Shown piece after piece: positions 18,078 to 28,590 of a DNA stretch of 64,000 nucleotides; within the stretch, counting starts at the first letter, position 1, and every line of letters starts with the position of its first letter. The stretch spans positions 33,168 to 97,167 of the forward strand of contig JAYPFK010000008.1 in NCBI GenBank assembly GCA_038126235.1, in the 5' to 3' direction. The notes under the pieces are model-generated. The model ran no database searches. It had not been told where the DNA came from and saw only the letters and a program-made list of their open reading frames with translations. Source of the DNA: Verrucomicrobiales bacterium (lineage in GTDB: Bacteria; Verrucomicrobiota; Verrucomicrobiia; Limisphaerales; JAYPEY01). The position numbers were made by a program, and so were the translations under genes.

Positions 18078-20981
18078 TCACAGCCGGCCGCCGAAAATGA
18101 CCATCTGTGGCTCATCGGAGGGTGCGGTCCAACGCTCCCCGGGCGCCAGATCCAAGTCGATAAGTCGACGGGCGTCGGCGTGGAACCCCGAGTCCTTCCA
18201 GAACGTCACCGCAAACCGGGCGTCGCCAACCGGGGCGTTGACGCCGAATTGCAGGCCGGAAGCGTCGCGCCACGCGCCGATGGGTCGGTAATAGTTGGGG
18301 ACGGCGGCGCCGCCAGGTTCGTCGTCGCCGGCGTTTCCGCGGATGTTCGGCAAGGCGTAGTGGAAACAGCCGCCGAGTTTCCAGGGGGCGCCCCCCGTGT
18401 TCTCGACCCAAAGGGCCTGCGCATGAAAGAACGGCTGCCCCGCCTCGAACGTGAAACGCCAGCGGGATTGCCAGGCCGGACGCGCATCGCGCGCGAAGGT
18501 CATCTCAAGAACCAGTCGCTCGGGAGTCTGCTCTCTCGCCTCGGTTTCGATGACCGCCGCCGCCGCGTTCCAGGACGGCGTCCCCTCGGCGATGATGTGC
18601 ATCACGGCGCGAAACGAGCCGAGTTCGATCCAGTCGCCCCCTGCCGTTTCGCGGACAAACACATGGTCAAAGGCGGCGCCGCTGCCCGGCGTCCTCACCG
18701 CTTTCAAGGCCCCGGTTTCGATCGTGAAACCGCCGGCTCCCGGCGCGTAATCCACCACGCCGGGGACAGGATTCAACGACGACAACACGTCGCTACCCGG
18801 AGCTTCCGGCAGCGCCGCGGCCGAAACATCCAGTTCCCCGGAATGAAGCTCCGGCAACAGTGCGTTGATCCGGGCTGCGGTTGCGGTCAATTCCGCATAA
18901 GGCTCGTCCGCTTCGCTGACCAGGCCATAATTGGAATCCTCGGGAAAACTGCTGGAAATACCGTCCGCCGGCTCGTCGCTCCACATGAAATAGTGCGAGC
19001 CGACCACGAAGGGGAGCGCGGCGAGGCTGCGCTGCATGATCGCGTAACACCGCGCCTTCTGCGCCTGCGTGTCCACCCGCATCCCCGCGCCGTGCTGCGA
19101 TGGCAGCGGCCGGCCGCGCGAGTCCTTCGCGTCCAAAGCCGGGAAGCTCCATTCGGTGATGATGATCGGTTTCCTCACCTGCTCGAATCGGCGGCGCAGG
19201 AAGTCCTCCGCGCCGATGAGTCTGCCCGCCTGCAGGTCGGCCCGGGGGTAAATGTTCACCGTCACGATATCGCAGGTCCGCCCGGCCCAGTCCCAGGCCG
19301 CCTCGGGCGCGTCGCCCGCGAAGCGGTTGCCCAGGATGAGATGGTTCGGATCGTGGCGTCGGATCGCCGCCGTCGTTGTCTCGTAGTAGCGGCGCGCGAC
19401 CCGTTCGACAAAGGCCATCAACGCTGCGCGGGCGCGGTCGTCGCCGGGCGGGGGAAGCTCCTTCCAATCCACAACATCATCGAAGGATCTGGCCTCGCTG
19501 GGGAACCCCGCGCTGAAGGCCATGAAGTCGTCGCGGTAAAACTCGCGCAGACTCGCAGCCAAGACCCGCTTGCCGGCGGCTTCACCCGGCAGCTTCGCGA
19601 CCTCGACGGGGATGCCGGTCGGTTGATGGGTCTTGCCCCACCATTCCAGTTCGTTGTCGAGGAAGTAACCCAGCAACCAGGGATCATCGCGATGGGGGCC
19701 GCAGCGTTGGCGCGCGCGAAGTTCGCAGAACCGCTCCCAGCGCGGATCGAATACATCCGGAAAACCCGTCCAGAACGTCTTCTCGACCAACGAGGCAACG
19801 TCGGAAAACTCCGAGCCAAAGGCGATGAACTCCGTGTGCGCCAAGCCGCGATAACGCGTTTCGGCGGAATGGCCGGCGCCGAGGCTGTTGAAGTTCCAGG
19901 AGCGCAGGCGGGCTGATGCGCTTTCCGCCCAGTTCGCCGCATCGCCAAACTTCTTCTCCACATTGCGCTGATACGGGGAGTAACCCAGCCTCTCACACCA
20001 ATGCCCGCGATAGCCGACATGATCCGTCCCGACACTAAGCGTGCGTTTCCCGCGAGGATCGACCAGCCACCACGTTCCATCCTGATCGGCAACGCGGAAG
20101 AATCCGGTCGCCGGCAAGGTCCCGGGAATCGTCAGGGGCGCGGAGACAAAAGAAGGAAACTCAGGCTTCACCTTGGAAGGATCTGACTGCTCCGACGCGG
20201 TTTCATGAATGGTTGTCCGGAAGTCGTCGAAGTCCGCGACCAACCCGGCGGCATTCAACATCGGCCGGCCCCGGTCCACCGCCTTCGCGTCGAACCGGTA
20301 GGTCCGACGAAAGCGGAGCGCGTCACCCTCGCGAATCTCGCCGGTCAATACAGGCGCCGCGCCGCCCCGATCGAGGACCAGGCGCAGGCGGTAGGGCGTC
20401 CCGAAGTTCCAGGCAAACTCGCCGGTTGTCGCCTCCCCCCGGGTCAACCGCGATCCGGCCTCCGACTGTGCATTCCATACGTCGTCGAGCTTTTCCGACA
20501 ACTCGCAGAAATGCCGACCTCCCATTGCGCCAGGCGCCTCCACGAAGGCCAGATGCCAGAAGTTGCGGTCGTCGAGCCGGATGCCGACTCCCGCCGTCTT
20601 CCACTCTTTGCCGCGGGATCGATGGACGGTGAGGGTCGCCTCGATCGCCAAGGCGGTCGCCAGCGGAGCCTCACGCAGAATGCTGACACCGCGCGACGCG
20701 CCCGCGTCGAACCGCATCGCGCCGTCCCGGATCATGAACCCGATGCTGTCGGGCTCCCACCGCGGCTCGCCGCCGGATCCTTCCGCGTAGCGCAAGAAAT
20801 CGTCGTCCAGCTTCCAAGGGGATTCCGCGCCGCGTATCGGCGCGCTTGAGGCGAACACCAGCAGGGCCAGCGCCGCCGAACGGAGCAGGACGCGGCCGGT
20901 GGGAATGAGGTCATTCACGGATTGTAGATTGCCCGCGCCGTAGCGCGCCGTCACCCCGGATCGTGGCGCGTGACGCGTCAT
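18078..20981 (-). CDS. GH50/beta-agarase-like clan GH-A glycoside hydrolase with accessory domains
   Basis: TGFFRV, WWLVDP.G, RLRSWNFNSLG, LGYFLDNELEW, DPNHLILGNRF, IITEWSF, EDSNYGLV; start may be GTG 20918. Confidence 0.75.
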   Translation of the reverse strand: MTRHAPRSGVTARYGAGNLQSVNDLIPTGRVLLRSAALALLVFASSAPIRGAESPWKLDDDFLRYAEGSGGEPRWEPDSIGFMIRDGAMRFDAGASRGVSILREAPLATALAIEATLTVHRSRGKEWKTAGVGIRLDDRNFWHLAFVEAPGAMGGRHFCELSEKLDDVWNAQSEAGSRLTRGEATTGEFAWNFGTPYRLRLVLDRGGAAPVLTGEIREGDALRFRRTYRFDAKAVDRGRPMLNAAGLVADFDDFRTTIHETASEQSDPSKVKPEFPSFVSAPLTIPGTLPATGFFRVADQDGTWWLVDPRGKRTLSVGTDHVGYRGHWCERLGYSPYQRNVEKKFGDAANWAESASARLRSWNFNSLGAGHSAETRYRGLAHTEFIAFGSEFSDVASLVEKTFWTGFPDVFDPRWERFCELRARQRCGPHRDDPWLLGYFLDNELEWWGKTHQPTGIPVEVAKLPGEAAGKRVLAASLREFYRDDFMAFSAGFPSEARSFDDVVDWKELPPPGDDRARAALMAFVERVARRYYETTTAAIRRHDPNHLILGNRFAGDAPEAAWDWAGRTCDIVTVNIYPRADLQAGRLIGAEDFLRRRFEQVRKPIIITEWSFPALDAKDSRGRPLPSQHGAGMRVDTQAQKARCYAIMQRSLAALPFVVGSHYFMWSDEPADGISSSFPEDSNYGLVSEADEPYAELTATAARINALLPELHSGELDVSAAALPEAPGSDVLSSLNPVPGVVDYAPGAGGFTIETGALKAVRTPGSGAAFDHVFVRETAGGDWIELGSFRAVMHIIAEGTPSWNAAAAVIETEAREQTPERLVLEMTFARDARPAWQSRWRFTFEAGQPFFHAQALWVENTGGAPWKLGGCFHYALPNIRGNAGDDEPGGAAVPNYYRPIGAWRDASGLQFGVNAPVGDARFAVTFWKDSGFHADARRLIDLDLAPGERWTAPSDEPQMVIFGGRL

Positions 20982-21024
20982 TCCTTGGCGTTCGCGGGCA
21001 CAGGTCGCAAAGAGACCGCGCCAA

Positions 21025-21098
21025 GGTAGGGCGAACTATCCTCAGTGAGCCGCGCGGGGCATGCTCACATTGGCTCACTGAGGAGAGTTCGCCCCACC
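21025..21098. repeat. REP-like inverted-repeat element, family A copy 2 (GTAG end)
   Basis: ggtagggcgaactatcctcagtgagcc / ggctcactgaggagagttcgccccacc, 25 of 27 complementary. Confidence 0.85.
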
Positions 21099-21134
21099 AG
21101 GAATGCAACCTCGGCGACTCATGCGCCAGCCCCG

Positions 21135-21160
21135 GACATTCTTGTCGCCCCGCCGGCGCA
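21135..21160. repeat. Isolated arm of REP-like family B
   Basis: gacattcttgtcgccccgccggcgca matches the reverse complement of 40248-40273 at 25 of 26. Confidence 0.7.
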
Positions 21161-21210
21161 ACACGCACACGGGTCTTGCCTGCAACCCAAGACACCCGTC
21201 TCAGCCTGCC

Positions 21211-23118
21211 TCAATAGCGGTCGATTTTCCGGAATTCCTCGGCCCTTCCCTTCTCGGCGACGATGATCCACGCGCCATCCACCGGCGCGGCGAAGGTTGC
21301 GAAACTCCGTCCTTCCACAGTCTCTTTGCGCGCCTCGATCCGCGCATTGTCGCTTTCGACGATCCAGGCGCGCCATTCCGCCGGCAACCAGGCGCGCAGT
21401 TTCACGGCTCCGCCTTGGGGAGCGCCGCGTTTGGCGAGGAGCTGAAACGCGTAGCCGCCACGCCGCACGTGTGTGACGCTGACCGTCGTCTTGGCGGCAG
21501 CGGAATTCTCCAAAGCAACCAGCGGCATTCCCTTCGCCTGACCGGACCAGGGAATGCGATCCATGTGCAGCTTGAAGGGCGATGCCGGAAACCCCGCGCT
21601 GTTGAAGAGCGTCTCATGCGGGTTGTCATTCACCGCATAGCCGATGGCGGCAATTTCGGAAACGTCCGGGTGGGAGATCTCGATGGCGTCCCGGCTCGTC
21701 ACCGTCACAGTCGCCCAGCGGTATTCGCCGGTTTTGCCCTTCACGTAGAAGCCGCTGATGCCATCGAGCGAGGACTGGAAAACAAGTCCCTCGCCCACGC
21801 GTTCGAATCGCACAACCGCCTTGTCTCCCATGATCTTCGCGTCGGTGAGGATCGGCCCGGAAAAGACGTCGTCCTTGCCGTAGGCGCCGCTCAGGGCCGC
21901 CAAGGCGTAGCGTCGCCCCGCCTCGTTCTTTTGCAGGAAATGGGTCTCGTGGTCGCCCACATCGTAGAGCTCCACCAGAGCGGTCCGCGGGTCGCCGCCG
22001 AAGGCCTCGCGCGCCTTGCGGATCTCGTCATTTGTCGAGGAGCGGTAGAACCAGGTCGGTTGGGGAGCGATCCGCGGCGAGGCGGAGGTGTCCCGGGTAA
22101 GCGTGCCCCAGATGAAGAAGAGGTCCTGACCGAAATGTTCGCGCCATTGCCGGGCCATGGCGGCGAGGCGGCTGCCGTAAGGGCCGCCCGGTCCGGCTTC
22201 GCCCTGATGCCAGATGACGCCCTGCAGGGCGAAGGGAGCCAGCGGATGAACCCGCGTGTTGTAGAGCGCAGTGGGGAAATTCACGATCGCGCTGTTCGCC
22301 GGCGAACGACCGCGGGGATTCTTGCGCCACACCTCCATCGCGCGCTCGAAGTCCGCCCACGACTTGACGGTCTTGCCCTTCTCCGCGAGATCGGCGGCGT
22401 GACCAGCCAGGCGTTCCTGGTAGTAATCGCCGAACTTCCCGGAGCCGGGAAACTCCTCCAACGTCTCCCGGCTCATCCATGCGCCCTGGTTCGTGCCGGA
22501 CACCGAGACGTGAACGATCCCAATCGGAACATCCAGTCGGTCGCGCAGCAGGCGCGCGAAAGCGGTCGGAAGATCGAGGCTCTCAATGACGGCATCGCCG
22601 CGCAGGATCACCCAGGGCGCGTCACGCCGAAAAACCGGATCAACCTCGTTCAACGGCCTCAGTGAGGCGCCGTCGCCATGGCGCGTGATGCGGACATCCG
22701 GCCGGCCCGGAGCGGTCAAGACGTCGCGCGGATAGTATCCGGACGCACGGTCCGGCCCCGCGTGGTTCATGTTCGACTGACCCGCGGCCAACCAGACCTC
22801 GCCGACCACGACATTGGCGCGGGTGACGGTCGTTCCGCCGATGCGCGCCTCCAGCGATCGGCCTTCGGAGCTGGCGACAAGCGGCGACAGCACGGCCTTC
22901 CAATAACCGTCCGTGTCAGCCTGGGCCTCCGCCTGCTGTCCGGCGAATCTAACCGTGACCTTTGTGCCCGGGCCCGCCCAGCCCCAGACCGGGACCGGCG
23001 CGTTCTGTTGCAGGACCATGTTGTCCTGGAAGATCTGGGCGAGTCTCGCCTCCGCGGCGTTCAATGAGGCCGCGCCGAGGGCGAGGACGATTGCGGCGAG
23101 AAGGGACGGTTTCTTCAT
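21211..23118 (-). CDS. Sialate O-acetylesterase (SASA)-family esterase
   Basis: Signal peptide MKKPSLL; FQDNMVLQQ, VGEVWLAAGQSNM, GVIWHQGE, LFNSAGFPASPF. Confidence 0.85.
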   Translation of the reverse strand: MKKPSLLAAIVLALGAASLNAAEARLAQIFQDNMVLQQNAPVPVWGWAGPGTKVTVRFAGQQAEAQADTDGYWKAVLSPLVASSEGRSLEARIGGTTVTRANVVVGEVWLAAGQSNMNHAGPDRASGYYPRDVLTAPGRPDVRITRHGDGASLRPLNEVDPVFRRDAPWVILRGDAVIESLDLPTAFARLLRDRLDVPIGIVHVSVSGTNQGAWMSRETLEEFPGSGKFGDYYQERLAGHAADLAEKGKTVKSWADFERAMEVWRKNPRGRSPANSAIVNFPTALYNTRVHPLAPFALQGVIWHQGEAGPGGPYGSRLAAMARQWREHFGQDLFFIWGTLTRDTSASPRIAPQPTWFYRSSTNDEIRKAREAFGGDPRTALVELYDVGDHETHFLQKNEAGRRYALAALSGAYGKDDVFSGPILTDAKIMGDKAVVRFERVGEGLVFQSSLDGISGFYVKGKTGEYRWATVTVTSRDAIEISHPDVSEIAAIGYAVNDNPHETLFNSAGFPASPFKLHMDRIPWSGQAKGMPLVALENSAAAKTTVSVTHVRRGGYAFQLLAKRGAPQGGAVKLRAWLPAEWRAWIVESDNARIEARKETVEGRSFATFAAPVDGAWIIVAEKGRAEEFRKIDRY

Positions 23119-23120
23119 GA

Positions 23121-26100
23121 TCAATAACTTTCGATCGCCCCGGCGTCGCGCGCAGCGCCCTTGGGGGGGTGGCCGGAGAAGTCCCGGCCGGCCGGGCCGT
23201 GGAATTCCCAGGCGTAAAGCTCCTCGATCGAGGTGTCGGCGTCGGCGAGCGTTCCCAGGCTGATGCGCAGGAATTCCAGCGTGGCATCGAGATGTTCGCC
23301 TCGGTCCGTGCCGCCGACGAACAAGTCGCCGCGGTTCTCCAGCGAACCGGCGCCGATTCCTGCGCCCTCCGCATCGAGCCTGCCATCGATGTGGATCCGC
23401 AGGGTCCGGTTGGCGCGGTCGGCCTCGACAAACAGATGCCGCCACGTTCCGTCGGCGACCTTCCGGTTTGATCGGATCTCAGCCCGGGCTCCGGAGTTGT
23501 CTGCGACACGGAAGACCGCTTTGCCATCCTCGATCGCCACGCGGTAGCCGGCCCCGGATTCCTTGGCGATGAGTAGGCCGTCGCCGGCGGCCTTGAAGAC
23601 GGCCTCAACGGAGAAGGAACTGTCGTAGATCTCCGCGTTGCGCAGGTCCCGGCCGGCAAAGGTGATGTTCTTCGCCGCGGGATCCTGCCCGTGGCGTGGG
23701 CGGGTGTTGATCCTGGCAGTGAACGGCTTGTCCAGGTCCGCGTCGGTCAGCACGGCGTAGGTCTTCCGGGCGGGATCGAGTTTCAGCGCGCCATGAACGA
23801 AGTTCTCCAACGGCCCCTCGACATAGTCGTCCTTGTTCGCATTCACCGCGCGCAAGGGATACCTGGGCTGCTTCTTGAAGTCCGTCCGCTCGGCCAGGTA
23901 GTCGCGGGCAAGCCAGGCCTCGTCGAGGATGCGGGAGGGATCGTCGCCCGCCGGGTAGAAGTTCCACTCGGCGACCACGGCCTTCAACGCCCAGGGGACG
24001 AACACCTTGGCTCCCCGGTCGATGGCGGCCGAGCCGCTGGCGAGACGAAAATCACCGGAAGCGGGATCGATCAACGTCGGCTGACCGTCCACGACACCGA
24101 CCTCGGCGGCCAGGGAGCCGGTCTGCTCCAGGATCCCGCGAAACTCATCCGGATCGGCGATCCAACCGCCGTCGGGCGTATAACACGCAAACCTTCCCGC
24201 GGGCAGGCCGTGGAAGACGTTCCGCACATAGGCGTTCGAGCCGTAGTCGAACTTGTCGCCCTTCTTTCCAACATCCGCGGCGTTGGCCTCGCGGGGCGCG
24301 CCGGCCGGATCGTTGTGCCGGAACACCCACCGGCCCATGTCCTGCCAGACGTTGCCGAGGAACTTGTTCCGCCCGGCCTCGGGGCTCTGCCGCCGCGTTC
24401 CTTCGATGTAGTTCCAGGCGGTGTTGTTGAAGAAGGTGTTCTGGTAGCTGTGAATCTCCTGGAACGCGGAGCAGTTGGCGAAGGGGCTGGTCGGGTCGTT
24501 GGATCTGCCCCACGCGATGTTGTTGAACAGGTAATTCTTGAATCCCCCGTCCAGGTAATACGCGTGCCCGAAGCCGGTGACGCCGCCCTTGGTGTTCTTT
24601 CGCCGTCCCTCCCACTGACCGCGCGCGTCGTGGCTCAGGTTGTTGAAGATATAGGCCGGCCCGTGCTGCCACATCTCGATGCCGCCGAAGTCATTCGCGT
24701 TCTGCATCGTCTTCCAGGCCTTGTTCTGGTGGACCAGGATCCGGATGAACGGGACCTCGCCGCGGACGCCGCTGGGCTTGCCGCCGTGGACATCGATCGC
24801 CTGGGCTCCGCAGCGTTCGACGATGTTGCCGGCGACGTGAAGACGTTCCGCGCCGCCGAACACAAAGGCGGAGCCGCGTTCGGAACGGAGCGGGCGAAAG
24901 CCGATCTCCCGGGCGAAGTTCCGGAAGACATCGATGTTGTCCAAACGTCCGAAAAGGTCGGAGAAACCCCATCCCGTCCCGCTGGAGAGGTGGGCCGCGC
25001 CAATGTCACAGTTCGCGAAGCGGTTGTCCGAGATGACGACGTTCTGAATCGCCTGGCCCTGTTTGACCGGACGCATCTCGATACCCTTGGCAACATCCTC
25101 AAAGTTGCAGTTCGCGATCCGGACATGGTCGGCCGCGCCGCGGACGCGGATGGCCGCCGGCGTGGCCTCAGCCCGGGTCCCGAACGGCTTGGTGCGATAG
25201 TCCCAGGAGGGAACCGTGAGATCCCAATAGGGACCGCACCACCGGAAATCGAGACCGCTGATCTCCAGTTGCCGGGTTTCCGTGACTTCAATCAGGACGG
25301 GGCGAAAACCGGCTTCGAGACGCGCCTCGTTCGGGTCCGCGTCATCGGGCAGACGGACGTAAAGCGTTCCGGCGTTCCTTATCCCGTTCTTTTCAAACCA
25401 GAACTCGCCGCTTGGATCGTCCAGGTATTGCGGCTTGTCCTCAAGGTGGTAACGCATGCCGCGGAAGATGACCCCGGCATTGCCTCCGCCGGTCCAGTTC
25501 GCAAATTGGACCGCGCCGTTGGCCGGATCGAATCCATCGACCGTCGTCGGGTAGGGCGTGCCCATGACCCAGCCGAACTCGGAATAAATCACCGCGCCCT
25601 TCACGAAGTCCTCGGCGCGGCCCGCCAGATTCCGGGAGTCGTTGGCGGTCCAGCCGTTGGCCGGGCGGAACGGATGCTTGTCGTTCGTCCACGTGAACCA
25701 CCCGGCCTTGTGGTCCTCAGGTTGGCTCGTCCAGTTGGGATGGCGCGCGAGCGGGATGCGGACGTTCTGCCCGTCGGGCTTCACCAGCCAGAGCGAGCGC
25801 GGGGCGATGTCGGGGAGGTCGAGCTTCCAGACCTTGCCCTTGTCCGGCATGTCCTTGTGGGCTCCCTTCACGAAACCGGCGAGCCGACGCGAACCCGCCA
25901 GGATTGCGGGGCCGTCTCCCCAAGCCGGATCGCGCGTCAGTTTGATGGAATGCTCCGCCGCCCAGGGAGCCGGGACTTTGAGCGCGCCGCGATAAACCAC
26001 GCCGCCCTTGAAAACGAAGGTGTCGATTTCGACGCCGGCCGCAGCGGCGTTGCCCGCGGCATTCGAGTCCCACGGATGATGCTTCCAGGGACGTTTACGC

Positions 26101-26432
26101 GAACCTTCCGCGTTGTCGTCGCCGTCCTGGAAATCGATGTGGCGGACGACCTGCCCGGGGTCGAAATGATGAGGTTGCGGCTTCCAGCGGAGATCGCCGG
26201 AAGGGCTGCGCTCGGCGAAGTCCTGCAGCCAGGCGAAGTCGCCGGCGCTGGGAGCGACCTCGGGAGCAGCGGCTGTGTCGGGCCGGGCTTCGGTCCCGGA
26301 CCGCCCTTCTGCTTCACCTTCAAGGCCGGGCTTGCCGTCGGAGGGTTGGCAACCGGCCTGCGTCAAGGCCGCCAACAAGCAAGCGGCGGCCGCCACGCTC
26401 CGTTCCATCATGGAAATGCTCTTCCTCGCCAC
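23121..26432 (-). CDS. Large lipoprotein with parallel beta-helix and C-terminal LamG-like domain (putative polysaccharide lyase/hydrolase)
   Basis: Lipobox-like QAGC; GDDNAEGS..PWK; N-rich beta-helix (IFNN, LFNNIAW, FFNNTAWN); DFRL...SAAIDRG; DGTWRHL..IHIDG. Confidence 0.65.
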   Translation of the reverse strand: MARKSISMMERSVAAAACLLAALTQAGCQPSDGKPGLEGEAEGRSGTEARPDTAAAPEVAPSAGDFAWLQDFAERSPSGDLRWKPQPHHFDPGQVVRHIDFQDGDDNAEGSRKRPWKHHPWDSNAAGNAAAAGVEIDTFVFKGGVVYRGALKVPAPWAAEHSIKLTRDPAWGDGPAILAGSRRLAGFVKGAHKDMPDKGKVWKLDLPDIAPRSLWLVKPDGQNVRIPLARHPNWTSQPEDHKAGWFTWTNDKHPFRPANGWTANDSRNLAGRAEDFVKGAVIYSEFGWVMGTPYPTTVDGFDPANGAVQFANWTGGGNAGVIFRGMRYHLEDKPQYLDDPSGEFWFEKNGIRNAGTLYVRLPDDADPNEARLEAGFRPVLIEVTETRQLEISGLDFRWCGPYWDLTVPSWDYRTKPFGTRAEATPAAIRVRGAADHVRIANCNFEDVAKGIEMRPVKQGQAIQNVVISDNRFANCDIGAAHLSSGTGWGFSDLFGRLDNIDVFRNFAREIGFRPLRSERGSAFVFGGAERLHVAGNIVERCGAQAIDVHGGKPSGVRGEVPFIRILVHQNKAWKTMQNANDFGGIEMWQHGPAYIFNNLSHDARGQWEGRRKNTKGGVTGFGHAYYLDGGFKNYLFNNIAWGRSNDPTSPFANCSAFQEIHSYQNTFFNNTAWNYIEGTRRQSPEAGRNKFLGNVWQDMGRWVFRHNDPAGAPREANAADVGKKGDKFDYGSNAYVRNVFHGLPAGRFACYTPDGGWIADPDEFRGILEQTGSLAAEVGVVDGQPTLIDPASGDFRLASGSAAIDRGAKVFVPWALKAVVAEWNFYPAGDDPSRILDEAWLARDYLAERTDFKKQPRYPLRAVNANKDDYVEGPLENFVHGALKLDPARKTYAVLTDADLDKPFTARINTRPRHGQDPAAKNITFAGRDLRNAEIYDSSFSVEAVFKAAGDGLLIAKESGAGYRVAIEDGKAVFRVADNSGARAEIRSNRKVADGTWRHLFVEADRANRTLRIHIDGRLDAEGAGIGAGSLENRGDLFVGGTDRGEHLDATLEFLRISLGTLADADTSIEELYAWEFHGPAGRDFSGHPPKGAARDAGAIESY

Positions 26433-26489
26433 GCGCTGACAACTACCCGCATGGCGAAAAATGGCACGCCGAATCTTGGCGATCTCGCG

Positions 26490-27080
26490 TTACTTCGACT
26501 CCTTGAAGATCATGTCCGCGGCGAGACCGGCGGCGAGGAGAAGGATCTTGGAGAGCGGGTTCGCGGCGACTTCCTCGTTGATGTCGATGAGGTAATTGTC
26601 CGCCGAGGTGAAGAACTCCTTGGCGAGGCCGGCCCACTGCTTGGCAATCTGTCCGATCTCGCGCTCCGAGGAATCAAGAAACTTGAAGTTCCACGCCTTC
26701 CAGTCGCCGCGAACCTCGGCAAACTTGTTGCCCGCCGCATCGTTCACCCAGAAGCCCGCCTTCAAGGTCAACACCTTGCCCTTGAAGTGCCCGATCTCAT
26801 TTTCATCCGCATCGAGGATCGAGACCTTCGGCGCGATCAACGCCATGCCCCGCTTCATCGAAAACACGACCGTCTGCTCGTCGGCCTCGTAGACGTTGAT
26901 CCGCGTCGGCATCAACTGCTTGTTGATCAGGAGTCGCAGGATCTTGGACCATCCGGGCGGCTCCTCCTTGGCGAGGCCGATCTTTTCCTGTGTCTGGGGA
27001 TCGAGGATGTCGTAGGTGTCGGTGAGTTTCAGCGCGCCGACGTGTTCCTTGATGAAGAATTGGTTGTAGTCGAGAAGCAT
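26490..27080 (-). CDS. Scramblase/LURP-one-like (tubby-fold) protein
   Basis: YDILDP, IGLAKE, VRGDWKAWNF, KQWAGLAKEFFTSADNY, LLAAGLAADMIFKE. Confidence 0.8.
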   Translation of the reverse strand: MLLDYNQFFIKEHVGALKLTDTYDILDPQTQEKIGLAKEEPPGWSKILRLLINKQLMPTRINVYEADEQTVVFSMKRGMALIAPKVSILDADENEIGHFKGKVLTLKAGFWVNDAAGNKFAEVRGDWKAWNFKFLDSSEREIGQIAKQWAGLAKEFFTSADNYLIDINEEVAANPLSKILLLAAGLAADMIFKESK

Positions 27081-27171
27081 GACGTTTCCTCCAGGGTTGG
27101 TGTCGTTGGTTTCCGGGCGGGATACTGCAGCCCGCGCCCCCTCCCTGTCGAGTCTGCTCAACCCCGAACAT

Positions 27172-28590
27172 TCACCTCCGATAAGGATACGTGTCGAACG
27201 CCTCGCCGCCGCCGATGACGCGCGGATCTTTCGTGGAATCCAGTCGCCCCATCAATCGCGCGGACAACTTCTTCAATGCGGCGGCGTATTCCGGTTTTCC
27301 GGCAACGTTGGTCAGTTGATCGGGGTCCTTGGAAAGATCGTAAAGCTCCTTACCCGGACGCTTGGCGAAGGCGAGCCGATAAAAGGCCGCGTATTTCGGA
27401 TCGTCGCGATGTTCGATGACGAATGTCTTGGTCGGGCTCCCGTCGCAGCCGCCGTGGGCGTTGCCGTTGAAGGCGAGCTTCGGATCGGGACAGCCTCCGG
27501 GCCAGCGATCGGGCTCGAAGTTGCGGATGTAGAGGAATTCGTCGGTGCGGATGGCCCGCATGGGGTAGCCGCCGGGATTGGGTTTCTCCTGATCCTGGCC
27601 GTGACGTTCCCGGCCCGTCAGGACGTGATCGCGCGACGCGTCCACTCGACCCGATTTGTCCGAGCGCAGGACGTTCATCAGGGAACGGCCGGTAACGACC
27701 TTCGGGATCTTCACGCCCGCCGCCTCCAGAAAGGTCGGAGCCAGATCCACAAACGAAACGAAGTCCGAAACGCGACGGCCGGCCTTGACCCGGGCGCCCC
27801 AACGAAGGGCGACGGGCACATGCGTTCCGGAATCGTAGAGCTGGCACTTGTGCCGTGGAAACGGCATCCCGTGGTCGCCGGTCATGATCACGATCGTGTT
27901 CTCCAGTTCGCCCGCCTTCTCCAGCGCGGCCACGGCCCGACCGACATCCCCATCCCAACGCTGCACCTCGAAATAGTAGTCTGCCACATCCGTCCTCACG
28001 GTCTCATGGTCGGGCAGGTCCGCCGGCGGTTTGATCCGGTCGGGATCGATGCCGCTCTTCGCGCCGCTCTCCCACTTGTAGGGCCGGTGCGGGTCAGATG
28101 TCCCAAGCCAGAAGCAAAAGGGCTGGTCATCCTCCCGCGATTTGAGGAAGGCATCGAAGCTCTTGTAGCTCGGCCCCGCCGGGTCCTTCCTGCGGCCCAG
28201 GGCCTGCCATTTTCCCGGCCCCCAGGCCTTGCGCCAATGGCCGATGTGATAGCCCGCCTCCTCCAGCAGCAACGGAAACACCGGGTGTTTCGGGTGCAGC
28301 GTGCTCCAGAGGTTCGCGCCCTCGTCCAGCCGCCAGTGGTGCTGCCCTGTCAGCAGGGAATTTCGACAGGCGGTGCAGGATGGCGCGGTGACAAACGCGT
28401 TGTCGAACAAGAGGCCTTCACGCGCCAACCGGTCGAAGGTCGGCGTCTTGACCACCGGATCCCCATAGGCGCCAGCGTGCGGCCAGCCCCAGTCGTCGGC
28501 CATGCAGAACAGGATGTTCGGCCGCTCCGCGGCGCGACCGGCGGCGATGACAAGGAACAGGAGAAACGGGGCGAGCTTCGTGGATCTCAT
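27172..28590 (-). CDS. Sulfatase (S1; N-sulfoglucosamine sulfohydrolase-like)
   Basis: PNILFCMADDW, PSCTACRNSLLTG, DPHRPY, GDHG, ELYDL.KDP; ATG overlaps upstream stop. Confidence 0.9.
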   Translation of the reverse strand: MRSTKLAPFLLFLVIAAGRAAERPNILFCMADDWGWPHAGAYGDPVVKTPTFDRLAREGLLFDNAFVTAPSCTACRNSLLTGQHHWRLDEGANLWSTLHPKHPVFPLLLEEAGYHIGHWRKAWGPGKWQALGRRKDPAGPSYKSFDAFLKSREDDQPFCFWLGTSDPHRPYKWESGAKSGIDPDRIKPPADLPDHETVRTDVADYYFEVQRWDGDVGRAVAALEKAGELENTIVIMTGDHGMPFPRHKCQLYDSGTHVPVALRWGARVKAGRRVSDFVSFVDLAPTFLEAAGVKIPKVVTGRSLMNVLRSDKSGRVDASRDHVLTGRERHGQDQEKPNPGGYPMRAIRTDEFLYIRNFEPDRWPGGCPDPKLAFNGNAHGGCDGSPTKTFVIEHRDDPKYAAFYRLAFAKRPGKELYDLSKDPDQLTNVAGKPEYAAALKKLSARLMGRLDSTKDPRVIGGGEAFDTYPYRR

